DNA of 64,000 bases from positions 371,504,001 to 371,568,000 of the forward strand of contig OZ024742.1 of NCBI GenBank assembly GCA_964016885.1, written 5' to 3'. The position numbers and the translations under genes are program-made. Every line of letters starts with the position of its first letter. Position 1 is the stretch's first letter. Shown here piece by piece: positions 46,807 through 60,422 of the stretch. This DNA is from Eledone cirrhosa. Lineage: Eukaryota. Below the pieces are notes generated by a model. The model made no database searches, was not told where the DNA came from, and saw only the letters and a list, made by a program, of their open reading frames with translations.

Positions 46807-49283
46807 AATTAACTATTGCTAGGAACATATAAACATATATAATAAATACAATTAACTATTGCCAGGAACAAATAAACATATATAATAAATACAATTTATT
46901 ATTGTTAGGAACATATAAACAATAAATAAATACAATTAATTATTGTTAGGAACATATAAACAATAAATAAATACAATTAATTATTGCTAGGAACATATAA
47001 ACATATATAATAAATACAATTAACTACTGCTAGGAACAATTAAACATATATAATAAATACAATTAACTATTGCTAGGAACATATAAAGATATAATAAATA
47101 CAGTTAATTATTGCTAGGAGCATATAAACATATATAATAAATACAATTAATTATTGTTAGGAACATATAAACATATAATAAATACAATTAATTATTGCTA
47201 GGAACATATAAACATATATAATAAATACAATTATTGATAGGAACATATAAACATATAATAAATACAATTAATTATTGCTAGGAACATATAAACATATATA
47301 TTAAATACAATTAATTATTGCTAGGAACATATAAACATATATAATAAATACAATTAATTATTGCTAGGAACATATAAACATATATAATAAATACAATTAA
47401 TTATTGCTAGGAACATAGAAACATAAATAATAAATACAATTAATTATTGCTAGGAACATAGAAACATATATAATAAATATAGTTAATTATTGCTAGGAAC
47501 ATATAAACATATATAATAAATACAATTAACTATTGCTAGGAACAAATAAACATATATAATAAATACAATTAATTATTGCTAGGAACATATAAACATATAT
47601 AATAAATACAATTAACTACTGCTAGGAACAAATAAACATATATAATAAATACAATTAACTATTGCTAGGAACAAATAAACATATATAATAAATACAATTA
47701 ATTATTGCTAGGAACATATAAACATATATAATAAATACAATTAACTACTGCTAGGAACAAATAAACATATATAATAAATACAATTAATTATTGCTAGGAA
47801 CATATAAACATATATAATAAATACAATTAATTATTGTTAGGAACATATAAACATATAATAAATACAATTAATTATTGCTAGGAACATATAAACATATATA
47901 ATAAATACAATTAATTATTGATAGGAACATATAAACATATATAATAAATACAGTTAATTATTGCTAGGAACATATAAACATATATAATAAATACAATTAA
48001 TTATTGCTAGGAACATATAAACATATATAATACATACAATTAATTATTGCTAGGAACATATAAACATATATAATAAATACAATTAATTATTGCTAGGAAC
48101 ATATAAACATATATAAATACAATTAATTATTGTTAGGAACATATAAACATAATAAATACAATTAATTATTGTTAGGAACATATTAACACATATAATAAAT
48201 ACAATTAATTATGGCTAGGAACATGTAAACATATATAATAAATACAATTAACTATTGCTAGGAACATATAAACATATATAATAAATACAATTAACTATTG
48301 CTAGGAACATATAAACATATATAATAAATACAATTAACTATTTCCAGGAACAAATAAACATATATAATAAATACAATTAATTATTGTTAGGAACATATAA
48401 ACAATAAATAAATACAATTAATTATTGTTAGGAACATATAAACAATAAATAAATACAATTAATTATTGCCAGGAACAAATAAACATATATAATAAATACA
48501 ATTAATTATTGTTAGGAACATATAAACAATAAATAAATACAATTAATTATTGCTAGGAACATATAAACATATATAATAAATACAATTAATTATTGCTAGG
48601 AACATATAAACATATATAATAAATACAATTAACTACTGCTAGGAACAGGTAAACATATATAATAAATACAATTAACTATTGCTAGGAACATATAAACATA
48701 TATAATAAATACAATTAATTATTACAAGGAACAAATAAACATATATAATAAATACAATTAATTATTGCTAGGAACATATAAACATATATAATAAATACAA
48801 TTAACTACTGCTAGGAACAAATAAACATATATAATAAATACAATTAACTATTGCTAGGAACATATAAATATATAATAAATACAGTTAATTATTGCTAGGA
48901 GCATATAAACATATATAATAAATACAATTAATTATTGTTAGGAACATATAAACATATAATAAATACAATTAACTATTGCTAGGAACATATAAACATATAT
49001 AATAGATACAATTAATTATTGCTAGGAACATATAAACATATATAATAAATACAATTAACTATTGCTAGGAACAAATAAACATATATAATAAATACAATTA
49101 ACTATTGCTAGGAACATATAAACATATATAATGAATAAAATTAATTATTGTTAGTGTATTTATTATATATGTTTATTTGTTCCTAACAATAATTAATTGT
49201 ATTTATTATATATGTTTATATGTTCCTAGCAATAATTAATTGTATTTATTATATGTTCATATGTTCCTAGCAATAATTAATTG

Positions 49284-50076
49284 CTACCACTGCTAGCTGC
49301 AAAAGGCTTCTCCCTCAGAATGAAAGGCAGACTGTATGATGCGTGTATCCGAACAGCGATGTTGCATGGTAGTGAGACCTGGGCGCTGAAGGTGGAAGAC
49401 TTACGTAGATTTGAGAGAAACGAAGCCTGCATGCTCCGATGGATGTGTAACAGTAATATACGTGAACGACAAAGCATAAAGGAATTGAGAGAGAGACTGA
49501 GCATAAGAGGAATCAAATGCTGCGTGCAGGAGAGGCGGTTACGCTGGTATGGACATGTGATGCGTATGAAGGATGACAGCTGCATAAAAAGGTGCAGAGC
49601 ACTAGAAGTTGATGGAAGCCGCGGAGTGGGGAGACCCAAGATGACTTGGGATGAGGTGATAAAAGCCGACCTTACCCAACTACACCTCTCAAAGTCAATG
49701 ACACACGACCGTGACTTCTGGCGTCACGCAGTAATACAGGGTACCCGACCTCCCATGGGTACATGCTGATGCATATAAACAATATGCCCCCCCCCCCCCC
49801 CCCCTCCACCGCAAGGTGGCCGTGGAGGTGCCACGGCAAAAAAGCACCCAGCCCACACTGTAAAGTGGACGTGTAGGCGCCACGAAAAAGCACCCAGCAC
49901 TCACTGTAAATGAGGTTGGTGTTAGGAAGGGCATCCAGCTGTAGAAATCAAGCCAGATCAGTTCCTGTATGAGCAAGGCATGGTCAGCCGACCAGACACT
50001 GCCCACAACAGGACAACCCGTCTAACCCATGCTAGCGTGGAAGAACGGACGTAAAACGGTGATGATGATGATGATG
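49284..50076 (+). mobile_element. Duplicate of the 46016-46806 RTE-A fragment
   Basis: Same junctions and private variants (RRFER, DGSRG); offset 3268 bp. Confidence 0.95.
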
Positions 50077-52960
50077 AATTAACTATTGCTAGGAACATAT
50101 AAACATATATAATAAATACAATTAACTATTGCCAGGAACAAATAAACATATATAATAAATACAATTTATTATTGTTAGGAACATATAAACAATAAATAAA
50201 TACAATTAATTATTGTTAGGAACATATAAACAATAAATAAATACAATTAATTATTGCTAGGAACATATAAACATATATAATAAATACAATTAACTACTGC
50301 TAGGAACAATTAAACATATATAATAAATACAATTAACTATTGCTAGGAACATATAAAGATATAATAAATACAGTTAATTATTGCTAGGAGCATATAAACA
50401 TATATAATAAATACAATTAATTATTGTTAGGAACATATAAACATATAATAAATACAATTAATTATTGCTAGGAACATATAAACATATATAATAAATACAA
50501 TTATTGATAGGAACATATAAACATATAATAAATACAATTAATTATTGCTAGGAACATATAAACATATATATTAAATACAATTAATTATTGCTAGGAACAT
50601 ATAAACATATATAATAAATACAATTAATTATTGCTAGGAACATATAAACATATATAATAAATACAATTAATTATTGCTAGGAACATAGAAACATAAATAA
50701 TAAATACAATTAATTATTGCTAGGAACATAGAAACATATATAATAAATATAGTTAATTATTGCTAGGAACATATAAACATATATAATAAATACAATTAAC
50801 TATTGCTAGGAACAAATAAACATATATAATAAATACAATTAATTATTGCTAGGAACATATAAACATATATAATAAATACAATTAACTACTGCTAGGAACA
50901 AATAAACATATATAATAAATACAATTAACTATTGCTAGGAACAAATAAACATATATAATAAATACAATTAATTATTGCTAGGAACATATAAACATATATA
51001 ATAAATACAATTAACTACTGCTAGGAACAAATAAACATATATAATAAATACAATTAATTATTGCTAGGAACATATAAACATATATAATAAATACAATTAA
51101 TTATTGTTAGGAACATATAAACATATAATAAATACAATTAATTATTGCTAGGAACATATAAACATATATAATAAATACAATTAATTATTGATAGGAACAT
51201 ATAAACATATATAATAAATACAGTTAATTATTGCTAGGAACATATAAACATATATAATAAATACAATTAATTATTGCTAGGAACATATAAACATATATAA
51301 TACATACAATTAATTATTGCTAGGAACATATAAACATATATAATAAATACAATTAATTATTGCTAGGAACATATAAACATATATAATAAACACAATTAAC
51401 TATTGCTAGGAACATATAAACATATATAATAAATACAATTAATTATTGCTAGGAACATATAAACATATATAATAAATACAATTAATTATTGCTAGGAACA
51501 TATAAACATATATAATAAACACAATTAATTATTGCTAGGAACATATAAACATAGATAATAAATACAATTAATTATTGCTAGGAACATATAAACATATATA
51601 ATAAATACAATTAATTATTGCTAGGAACATATAAACATATATAATAAACACAATTAATTATTGCTAGGAACAAATAAACATATATAATAAATACAATTAA
51701 TTATTGCTAGGAACATATAAACATATATAATAAATACAATTAATTATTGCTAGGAACATATAAACATATATAATAAATACAATTAATTATTGCTAGGAAC
51801 ATATAAACATAAATAATAAATACAATTAATTATTGCTAGGAACATATAAACATATATAATAAATATAATTAATTATTGCTAGGAACATATAAACATATAT
51901 AATAAATACAATTAACTATTGCTAGGAACAAATAAACATATAATAAATACAGTTAATCATTGCTAGGAACATATAAACATATATAATAAATACAATTAAT
52001 TATTGTTAGGAACATATAAACATATATAATAGATACAATTAATTATTGCTAGGAACATATAAACATATAATTAATTATTGCTAGGAACATATATAATAAA
52101 TACAATTAATTATTGCTAGGAACATATAAACATATATAATAAATACAATTAATTATTGCTAGGAACATATAAACATATATAATAAATACAATTAACTATT
52201 GCTAGGAACATATAAACATATATAATAAATACAATTTACTACTGCCAGGAACAAATAAACATATATAATAAATACAATTAATTATCGTTAGGAACATATA
52301 AACATATAATAAATACAATTAATTATTGCTAGGAACATATAAACATATATAATAAATACAATTAATTATTGCTAGGAACATATAAACATATATAATAAAT
52401 ACAATTAACTATTGCTAGGAACAAATAAACATATATAATAAATACAATTAATTATTGCTAGGAACATATAAACATATATAATAAATATAATTAATTATTG
52501 CTAGGAACAAATAAACATATATAATAAATACAATTAATTATTGCTAGGAACATATAAACATATATAATAAATATAATTAATTATTGCTAGGAATATATAA
52601 ACATATATAATAAATACAATTAATTATTGCTAGGAACAAATAAACATATATAATAAATACAATTAATTATTGCTAGGAACATATAAACATATATAATAAA
52701 TACAATTAATTATTGCTAGGAACATATAAACATATATAATAGATACAATTAATTATTGCTAGGAACATATAAACATATAATTAATTATTGCTAGGAACAT
52801 ATATAATAAATACAATTAACTATTGCTAGGAACATATAAACATATATAATAAATACAATTAATTATTGCTAGGAACATATAAACATATATAATAAATACA
52901 ATTAACTATTGCTAGGAACATATAATAAATACAATTAATTATTGTTAGGAACATATAAAC

Positions 52961-53828
52961 ATCATCATCATCATCATCATCACCGTTTTACGTCCGTTCT
53001 TCCACGCTAGAATGGGTTAGACGGGTTGTCCTGTTGTGTGCAGTGTCTGGTCGGCTGACCATGCCTTGCTCATACAGGAACTGATCTGGCTTGATTTCTA
53101 CAGCTGGATGCCCTTCCTAACACCAACCTCATTTACAGTGAGTGCTGGGTGCTTTTTCGTGGCGCCTACACGTCCACTTTACAGTGTGGGCTGGGTGCTT
53201 TTTTGCCGTGGCACCTCCACGACCACCTTGCGGTGGGGGGTGTGGGGGCATATTTTTTATATGTTTCAGCATGTACCCATGGGAGGTCGGGTACTCTGTA
53301 TTACTGCGTGACGCCAGAAGTCACGGTCGTGTGTCATTGTCTTTGAGAGGTGTAATTGGGTAAGGTCGGCTTTTATCACCTCATCCCAGGTCATCTTGGG
53401 TCTCCCCACTCCGCGGTTTCCATCAACTTCTAGTGCTCTGCACCTTTTTATGCAGCTGTCATCCTTCATACGCATCACATGTCCATACCAGCGCAACCGC
53501 CTCTCCTGCACACAGCATTTGATTCCTCTTATGCTCAATCTCTCTATGTACTCTATTGAAGCCGTCGCAGTGTTTACCTACGTGTCCGTTAAAATCTTCT
53601 GCGATGATTAGGAAGTCCTTGTCGTCTGTTAGAGCAGTAGTGTGTATTAGGGACTCATAAAACCTATCCTTAAGTTCGTCTGGCAGCCCCGATTGGGGTG
53701 CGTAAGCTGATATTATTGTGGTAATTGTCTTATTCAGGACTAGTCTGAGTTTAATGATTCTTGCATTTACCCTGTACACTGAGATTACTTTATCTACCCA
53801 CTTGTCAGCTAATAGTATACCTACACCA
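52961..53828 (-). mobile_element. RTE family A, internally deleted copy (3' end fused to endonuclease segment)
   Basis: 52961-53545 is tail, 3'UTR and C-terminus; 53546-53828 corresponds to 37758-38040 of the full-length copy; about 2.3 kb missing. Confidence 0.92.
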
Positions 53829-56811
53829 GGTTTTACGAGTCCCTAATACACACTACTGCTCTAACAGACGACAAGGACTTCCTAATCATTGCAGGAGATT
53901 TTAACGGACACGTAGGTAAACACTGCGACGGCTTCAATAGAGTACATGGAGGCCATGGAGTTGGCACAAGGAATGAGGAAGGATTCAGACTTCTAGAATT
54001 CTGCGACGCCAATGACATGTTGATATGTAACACAAACTTTAAAAAACCCGACAACCACCTGATCACCTATAGATCAGGGGAGCACTCTAGTCAGTTAGAT
54101 TTTATCCTCATCAGAGGACGTGACAGATGGACGGTCGTAAACACAAAAGCCTTCCCTAGTGAGGAATGTACATCCCAACATAGCTTAGTTGTCAGCGACC
54201 TCACGGTCAGAACTAGACGAGCCCTGAAACAGAGGCCAACCTGGAGAAGAAAGATCTGGAAGCTGAAAGTCCCCTCAACCAGTAACAGATTTAAAGATAT
54301 TTTACTCAACGCCTACGACATTAAAGAAGAACAGATAGAGACATTTAACGTAGAAGAGAACTGGGAGTTCCTAAAAAATAACTTACTAGAGGCGACGGAT
54401 GAGGTTTGTGGCTGGAGTAAGACCTCAAGCAGGAGGAGAGTGACTTGGTGGTGGAACAATAAGGTAGATGAAGCAGTCAAGGCCAAGAGACAGGCATGGA
54501 AAGAATGGAAGAACGGGGGGAGCAGGGTACATTACATAGAGACCAAGAGGGAAGCTAGGCGACAAGTATACTTAGCTAGGAGGGAAGCAGAGGATAGAAA
54601 ATTCAAGCATGTTTTACAACGTGAGGACCAGAAACAGGAGGTATTCAAGATTGCGAGGCAGTGTGTCAGAGATAGTTGTGATGTCATTGGAGAGAAGTGT
54701 ATCCGGAATGATAAAGGTGAGCTTGCCCTCACAAGTGCTGAGAAGAAAGATGCATGGAAGAGTCATTATGATAGATTACTAAATGAGGAGAATGCATGGG
54801 AAGAAGAGACCCTACCCCACGTAGACCCTATAGAGGGACCAGCAGTACAAGTCAGCGGCAGCGTAGTAAGTAAGGCAATCAGAGATATGAAGATAGGGAA
54901 GGCAACCGGTCCATCGGGTATAGCTGCCGAGATGCTGAAGGCATCTGGGTCTGTAGGTCACACTATAACCACACGTATCGTTAACCAGGTAATACTAGAG
55001 GGGGCCATACCAAAAGATTGGTGCAGTAGCATCATTGTCAACTGCTACAAAGGTAAAGGCGATGCACTAGATAGAGGAAATTATAGAGGTATAAAGTTGA
55101 TGGACCAGGTCATGAAAGTAACAGAAAGAGTTATAGCACAGCTGATTAGGGACCGGGTGAATATAGACGAGATGCAATTTGGGTTTGTACCAGGGAAAGG
55201 CACCACTGATGCCCTCTTCCTTGTGAGGCAATTACAGGAAAAGTACCTAGCTAAAAGTAAGCCACTCTACTTGGCATTTGTCGACCTTGAGAAAGCCTTT
55301 GACAGAGTTCCACGTGCAGTAATCTGGTGGGCTCTTAGAAAACTAGGAGTAGATGAATGGCTTGTGAAAGCGGTACAAGCCATGTATAGGGGAGCAGTCA
55401 GCAAAGTTAGGATTGGCAATGAGTATAGCGAGGAATTTAGCGTACAGGTTGGGGTCCACCAGGGCTCTGTTCTTAGCCCTCTCCTGTTCATCATAGTCCT
55501 GCAGGCAATAACGGAGGAGTTTAAGACCGGATGCCCATGGGAACTCCTGTATGCTGATGACCTCGCACTCATAGCTGAATCTATGGTAGAACTAGAGAAT
55601 AAATTCCAAACCTGGAAGCAGGGACTAGAGAGAAAGGGCCTCAAAGTCAACATGACAAAGACTAAGGTCCTTATAAGTAGACGAGAAAACAGAACCCAGA
55701 TCCCCTCAGGGAAATGGCCTTGCTCAGTATGTAGGAAAGGTGTAGGTAGGAACTCCATTCTTTGCCCCAAATGCAAACAATGGGTACACAAGAGATGTAG
55801 CGGGATCTCAGGAAGCTTAATTAAGAATGTAGGATTCACATGCAGCAGCTGTGCTGAAACAGCAAGCAAACAGCCACAGGAAACAAGTACCACCAATCTC
55901 TGGGAGGGCCCTGTAGAAACAGTAGACAGCTTCTGCTACCTAGGTGACCGAATTAGCAACGGAGGTGGGTGCTCAGAAAGTACAATAACTAGGGTAAGAA
56001 CGGGATGGAAGAAGTTTAGGGAACTACTACCACTGCTAGCTGCAAAAGGCTTCTCCCTCAGAATGAAAGGCAGACTGTATGATGCGTGTATCCGAACAGC
56101 GATGTTGCATGGTAGTGAGACCTGGGCGCTGAAGGTGGAAGACTTACGTAGATTAGAGAGAAACGAAGCCTGCATGCTCCGATGGATGTGTAACAGTAAT
56201 ATACGTGAACGACAAAGCATAAATGAATTGAGAGAGAGACTGAGCATAAGAGGAATCAAATGCTGCGTGCAGGAGAGGCGGTTACGCTGGTATGGACATG
56301 TGATGCGTATGAAGGATGACAGCTGCATAAAAAGGTGCAGAGCACTAGAAGTTGATGGAAACCGCGGAGTGGGGAGACCCAAGATGACTTGGGATGAGGT
56401 GATGAAAGCCGACCTTACCCAACTACACCTCTCAAAGTCAATGACACACGACCGTGACTTCTGGCGTCACGCAGTAATACAGGGTACCCGACCTCCCATG
56501 GGTACATGCTGAAGCATATAAACAATATGCCCCCCCCCCCCACCGCAAGGTGGCCGTGGAGGTGCCACGGCAAAAAAAGCACCCAGCCCACACTGTAAAG
56601 TGGACGTGTAGGCGCCACGAAAAAGCACCCAGCACTCACTGTAAATGAGGTTGGTGTTAGGAAGGGCATCCAGCTGTAGAAATCAAGCCAGATCAGTTCC
56701 TGTATGAGCAAGGCATGGTCAGCCGACCAGACACTGCCCACAACAGGACAACCCGTCTAACCCATGCTAGCGTGGAAGAACGGACGTAAAACGGTGATGA
56801 TGATGATGATG
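53828..56811 (+). mobile_element. RTE family A, 5'-truncated within the endonuclease (about 3 kb)
   Basis: ORF 54017..56512 differs from 35193..38312 at only a few residues; (GAT)n tail. Confidence 0.96.
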
Positions 56812-56874
56812 AATTAACTAATGCCAGGAACAAATAAACATATATAATAAATACAATTAATTATTGTTAGGAAC

Positions 56875-59800
56875 ATCATCATCATCATCATCATCAACGT
56901 TTAACGTCCGTGTTCCACGCTTGCATGGGTTTGGACGGGGGTAGTCCCACTTGAGGCAAGAGTGATTGTCTTGCTCGCATAGGACTGTCTGGCAGGTTTT
57001 CTACAGTTGGATGCCCTTCCTAACACCAACCACATTTACAGTGTGGGTCTGGGAGGTTTTTACCGTGTTGCCTACACGGCCACATTACAGCGTGGACTGT
57101 GTGTTTTTTTGTCGTGACACCTACACGATCTCATTTGTTTCGGCCTCGAAGGCGCGGCACCAACATAACTTTACATAGAACGGGGTGGTGTGGATCGGGT
57201 GGGGGTGGGGGTGGTGGGACGGGGTGTATTTTGTTAGAGATGCCTACTGGCTGGAGTAGGTTTTACTATATATTTAGGTAAGGCGGGTCTTCTCTGTTAC
57301 TGAGTACCGCCAAAGGTCTCGGTCCAGTGACATTGTCTTGGAGAGGTGTAAGTGTGTGATGTCGGAGTTTATCAGCTCGTCCCAGGTTTTTCTAGGTCTG
57401 CCTATTCCGTGACTACCGTCTATCTTTATTGCCCTGCACTTTGTTATACAGCTATCGACTTTCATGCGCATCACGTGTCCATACCAACGTAGCCTTCTCT
57501 CGAGTAAACAACATCTGATCCCTCTTATCTCTAATTTTTTCCTTAGTTCGTTTATGCTTTGCCGTTCACGTATATTACTGTTACACATCCAGCGGAGCAT
57601 GCAAGCTTCGTTCCTCTCTAGTCTGCGTATATCCTCTGCACACAATGCCCAGGTCTCACTGCCATGCAGCATTGCTGTTCGTATGCAGGCATCGTACAAC
57701 CTGCCTTTCATTTTTAGTGAGAACCCTTTAGCAGCTAATAGTGGTATAAGCTCTCTGAACTTTTTCCAACCAGTTCTGACTCTAGCTACAGTACTTTCAG
57801 AGCACCCTCCCCCACTGCTGATTTTATCGCCCAGGTAACGGAAGCTGTCCACTATTTCTATAGAACCCTCTGCGCAATTGAAAGAGCTAGTAGTTTGTGG
57901 GCACTTGCTGCTACTTATTGCACCAGAGCACCGGCCACATGTAAAATCTATGTTCTTAGTTAGCTTACCTGTGATCCCACTACATCTTTTATGCACCCAT
58001 ACTTTGCATTTAGGACATAAAATGGAGTTTCTACCTACGCCTTTCCTACACACCGAGCACGACCATTTCCCAGAAGGGACCGCCGCCTTGTTTTCTTTCC
58101 TACAAACTAGCACTTTGGTCTTAGCCAGGTTAATTTTAAGTCCTTTTGACTCTAGGCCGTGCTTCCATGTTTGGAATTTCTTCTCTAGCTCGGCCATTGA
58201 TTCCGCTATGAGTGTCAGGTCGTCTGCGTATAGGAGTTCCCATGGGCAGCCTGTCTTGAACTCCTCTGTTATAGCCTGAAGGGCAATAATAAATAGTAGT
58301 GGACTGAGAACAGAGCCCTGATGGACGCCAACTTTTACGCTAAACTCTTCACTATATTCGTTGTTAATTCTAACCTTGCTGACTGTTTCTTTATACATGG
58401 CTTGTATAGCCCTCACAAGCCATTCGTCAACGCCTAGTTTTCTAAGAGCCCACCAGATAATGGAGCGGGGGACTCTGTCGAAGGCTTTCTCCAAGTCGAC
58501 AAAAGCTAAGTAGAGGGGTTTACCTTTAGCTAGGTACTTCTCCTGTAGTTGTCGTACTATGAAAAGAGCGTCTGTGGTACTTTTGCCTGACACAAACCCG
58601 AACTGCATTTCATCTAGGTCAATTCTCTCTCTGATTAGTTGCGCTATTACTCTTTCCGTGACCTTCATGACCTGGTCGATTAATTTAATGCCTCTATAGT
58701 TACTCCTATCTAGGGCGTCTCCTTTACCCTTATAACAGTTAACGATGATGCTGCTATGCCAGTCCTTCGGAACAACCCCATTCTGTACGACTTGGTTAAC
58801 TATGCGGGTGACCATGGTGTGTCCCACCGTGCCAGATGCCTTCAGCATCTCAGCAACTATTTCCGAAGGCCCAGCCGCCTTACCAGTCTTCATATCCTTG
58901 ATTGCCTTACTTATTATACTTCCCTCGACTAACACTGCTGGTCCCTCTATTGGGTCGATATGGGGGAGACTGCCTTTCTCCCAATTATTCTCCTCATTTA
59001 GAAGCCTTTCATAGTGACACTTCCAAGCTACCTTCTTATCAGCGTCGGTGATGGCAAGTGTGCCATCGTCGTTTAGTACACACTTCTCCCCGACAATATC
59101 ACGGTTTTCCTTGACGCATTGCCTAGCAATCCTGAACACCTCACGTTTTTGGTCATCGCGTTGTAGAACATGCTTGAACTTTCTTTCCTCAGCTTCCCTT
59201 CTTGCTAAGTACACTTGTCTCCTAGCTTCCCTCCTGGCCACTTGATAGTCCTCTCTACTTCCCCCATCCCGCCATACTTTCCAAGCCTGCTTTTTGGCCT
59301 TAATTGACCCCTCCACCTTACTGTTCCACCACCATGTTACTCTCCTCCTGCCTACAGGCCTGCTCCAGCCACAGACTTCGTCTGTCGCCAACAGCAGGTT
59401 TGCTTTCAGAAATTCCCACTCTCCCTCTATATTGTCCGACTCTAAATGTTCTTCCTTACTGTCGAAAGCATCAAGTAATATGCTTTGAAATTTATTCCTG
59501 GCTGTGGGGTCCTTTAGCTTCCATATTTTCCTCCTGAGGATAGTCCTCTTCTGTTGTCGAGTACGTCTCGTCCTGACTATGAGGTCGCTAATTATCAGTC
59601 TATGTTGGGAGGTGCATTCTTCATGGGGGAGGGATTTAGTGTTAACAACAGACACTCTGTCACGTCTTCTGGTAAGGATATAATCTACCTGGCTTGTGTG
59701 TTCCCCGGATCTATAGGTGATCAGGTGATTGTCACGTTTTTTGAAGTTAGTGTTACAGATAGTTAGGTTATTTGCATCACAGAATTCCAGGATTCTGGAG

Positions 59801-60422
59801 CCTTCCTCATTTCTAGTACCAAACCCATAGCCTCCATGGATTTCGTCGTAGCCGTCACAATGTTGTCCAACGTGACCATTTAGGTCGCCTGCGATAATTA
59901 TATAGTCACTGTCGGATACTTGGGAGGTAGTTAGCATCAGTGTCTCATAGAATCTGTCTTTTATAGTGCCGGGCAGTCCGGATTGGGGTGCGTACGCAGA
60001 TATTACTGTCACCGTAGTTCTATTGAGGACAAGTCGTATTTTAATTATTCTGTCGTTCACTCTATTTACGTCTATTATCTTATCTGCCCACTTTTCTGCT
60101 ACCATGATTCCTACTCCACCCAGCCCATCGTCGTTTCCCACCCAGAAAAGCTTATAACAACGTTTTTTACCCTCAATGAACCTAGCAGACCCACCCCTCC
60201 ACCTGGTCTCTTGAATACAACAAACATCGACCTCCTTACGTTCAAGCATTTCTACAACCTCGTTAGCGCGACCCTTTAGGGTGCCTACATTTATGGTACC
60301 AACTCTGAAGTTTTGGATTGCGTCTGGGGGTTGGGGGCGGTGAGGGGCGGGGGGTGATGGGGTTATGTTAGCCGTCCGCGGTCGAAACAATGAGGAGTGC
60401 TCGCATTCTCGTCCAAGGGGTG
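56875..60422 (-). mobile_element. RTE family B, nearly complete ORF (EN, RT, PHD), 5'UTR missing
   Basis: ORF 57274..60462 is open throughout, with FRVGTINV, QETRW, AGDLNGHVG and YADD; the first residues (MDEINCIYYICLYA) are read from satellite. Confidence 0.95.
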
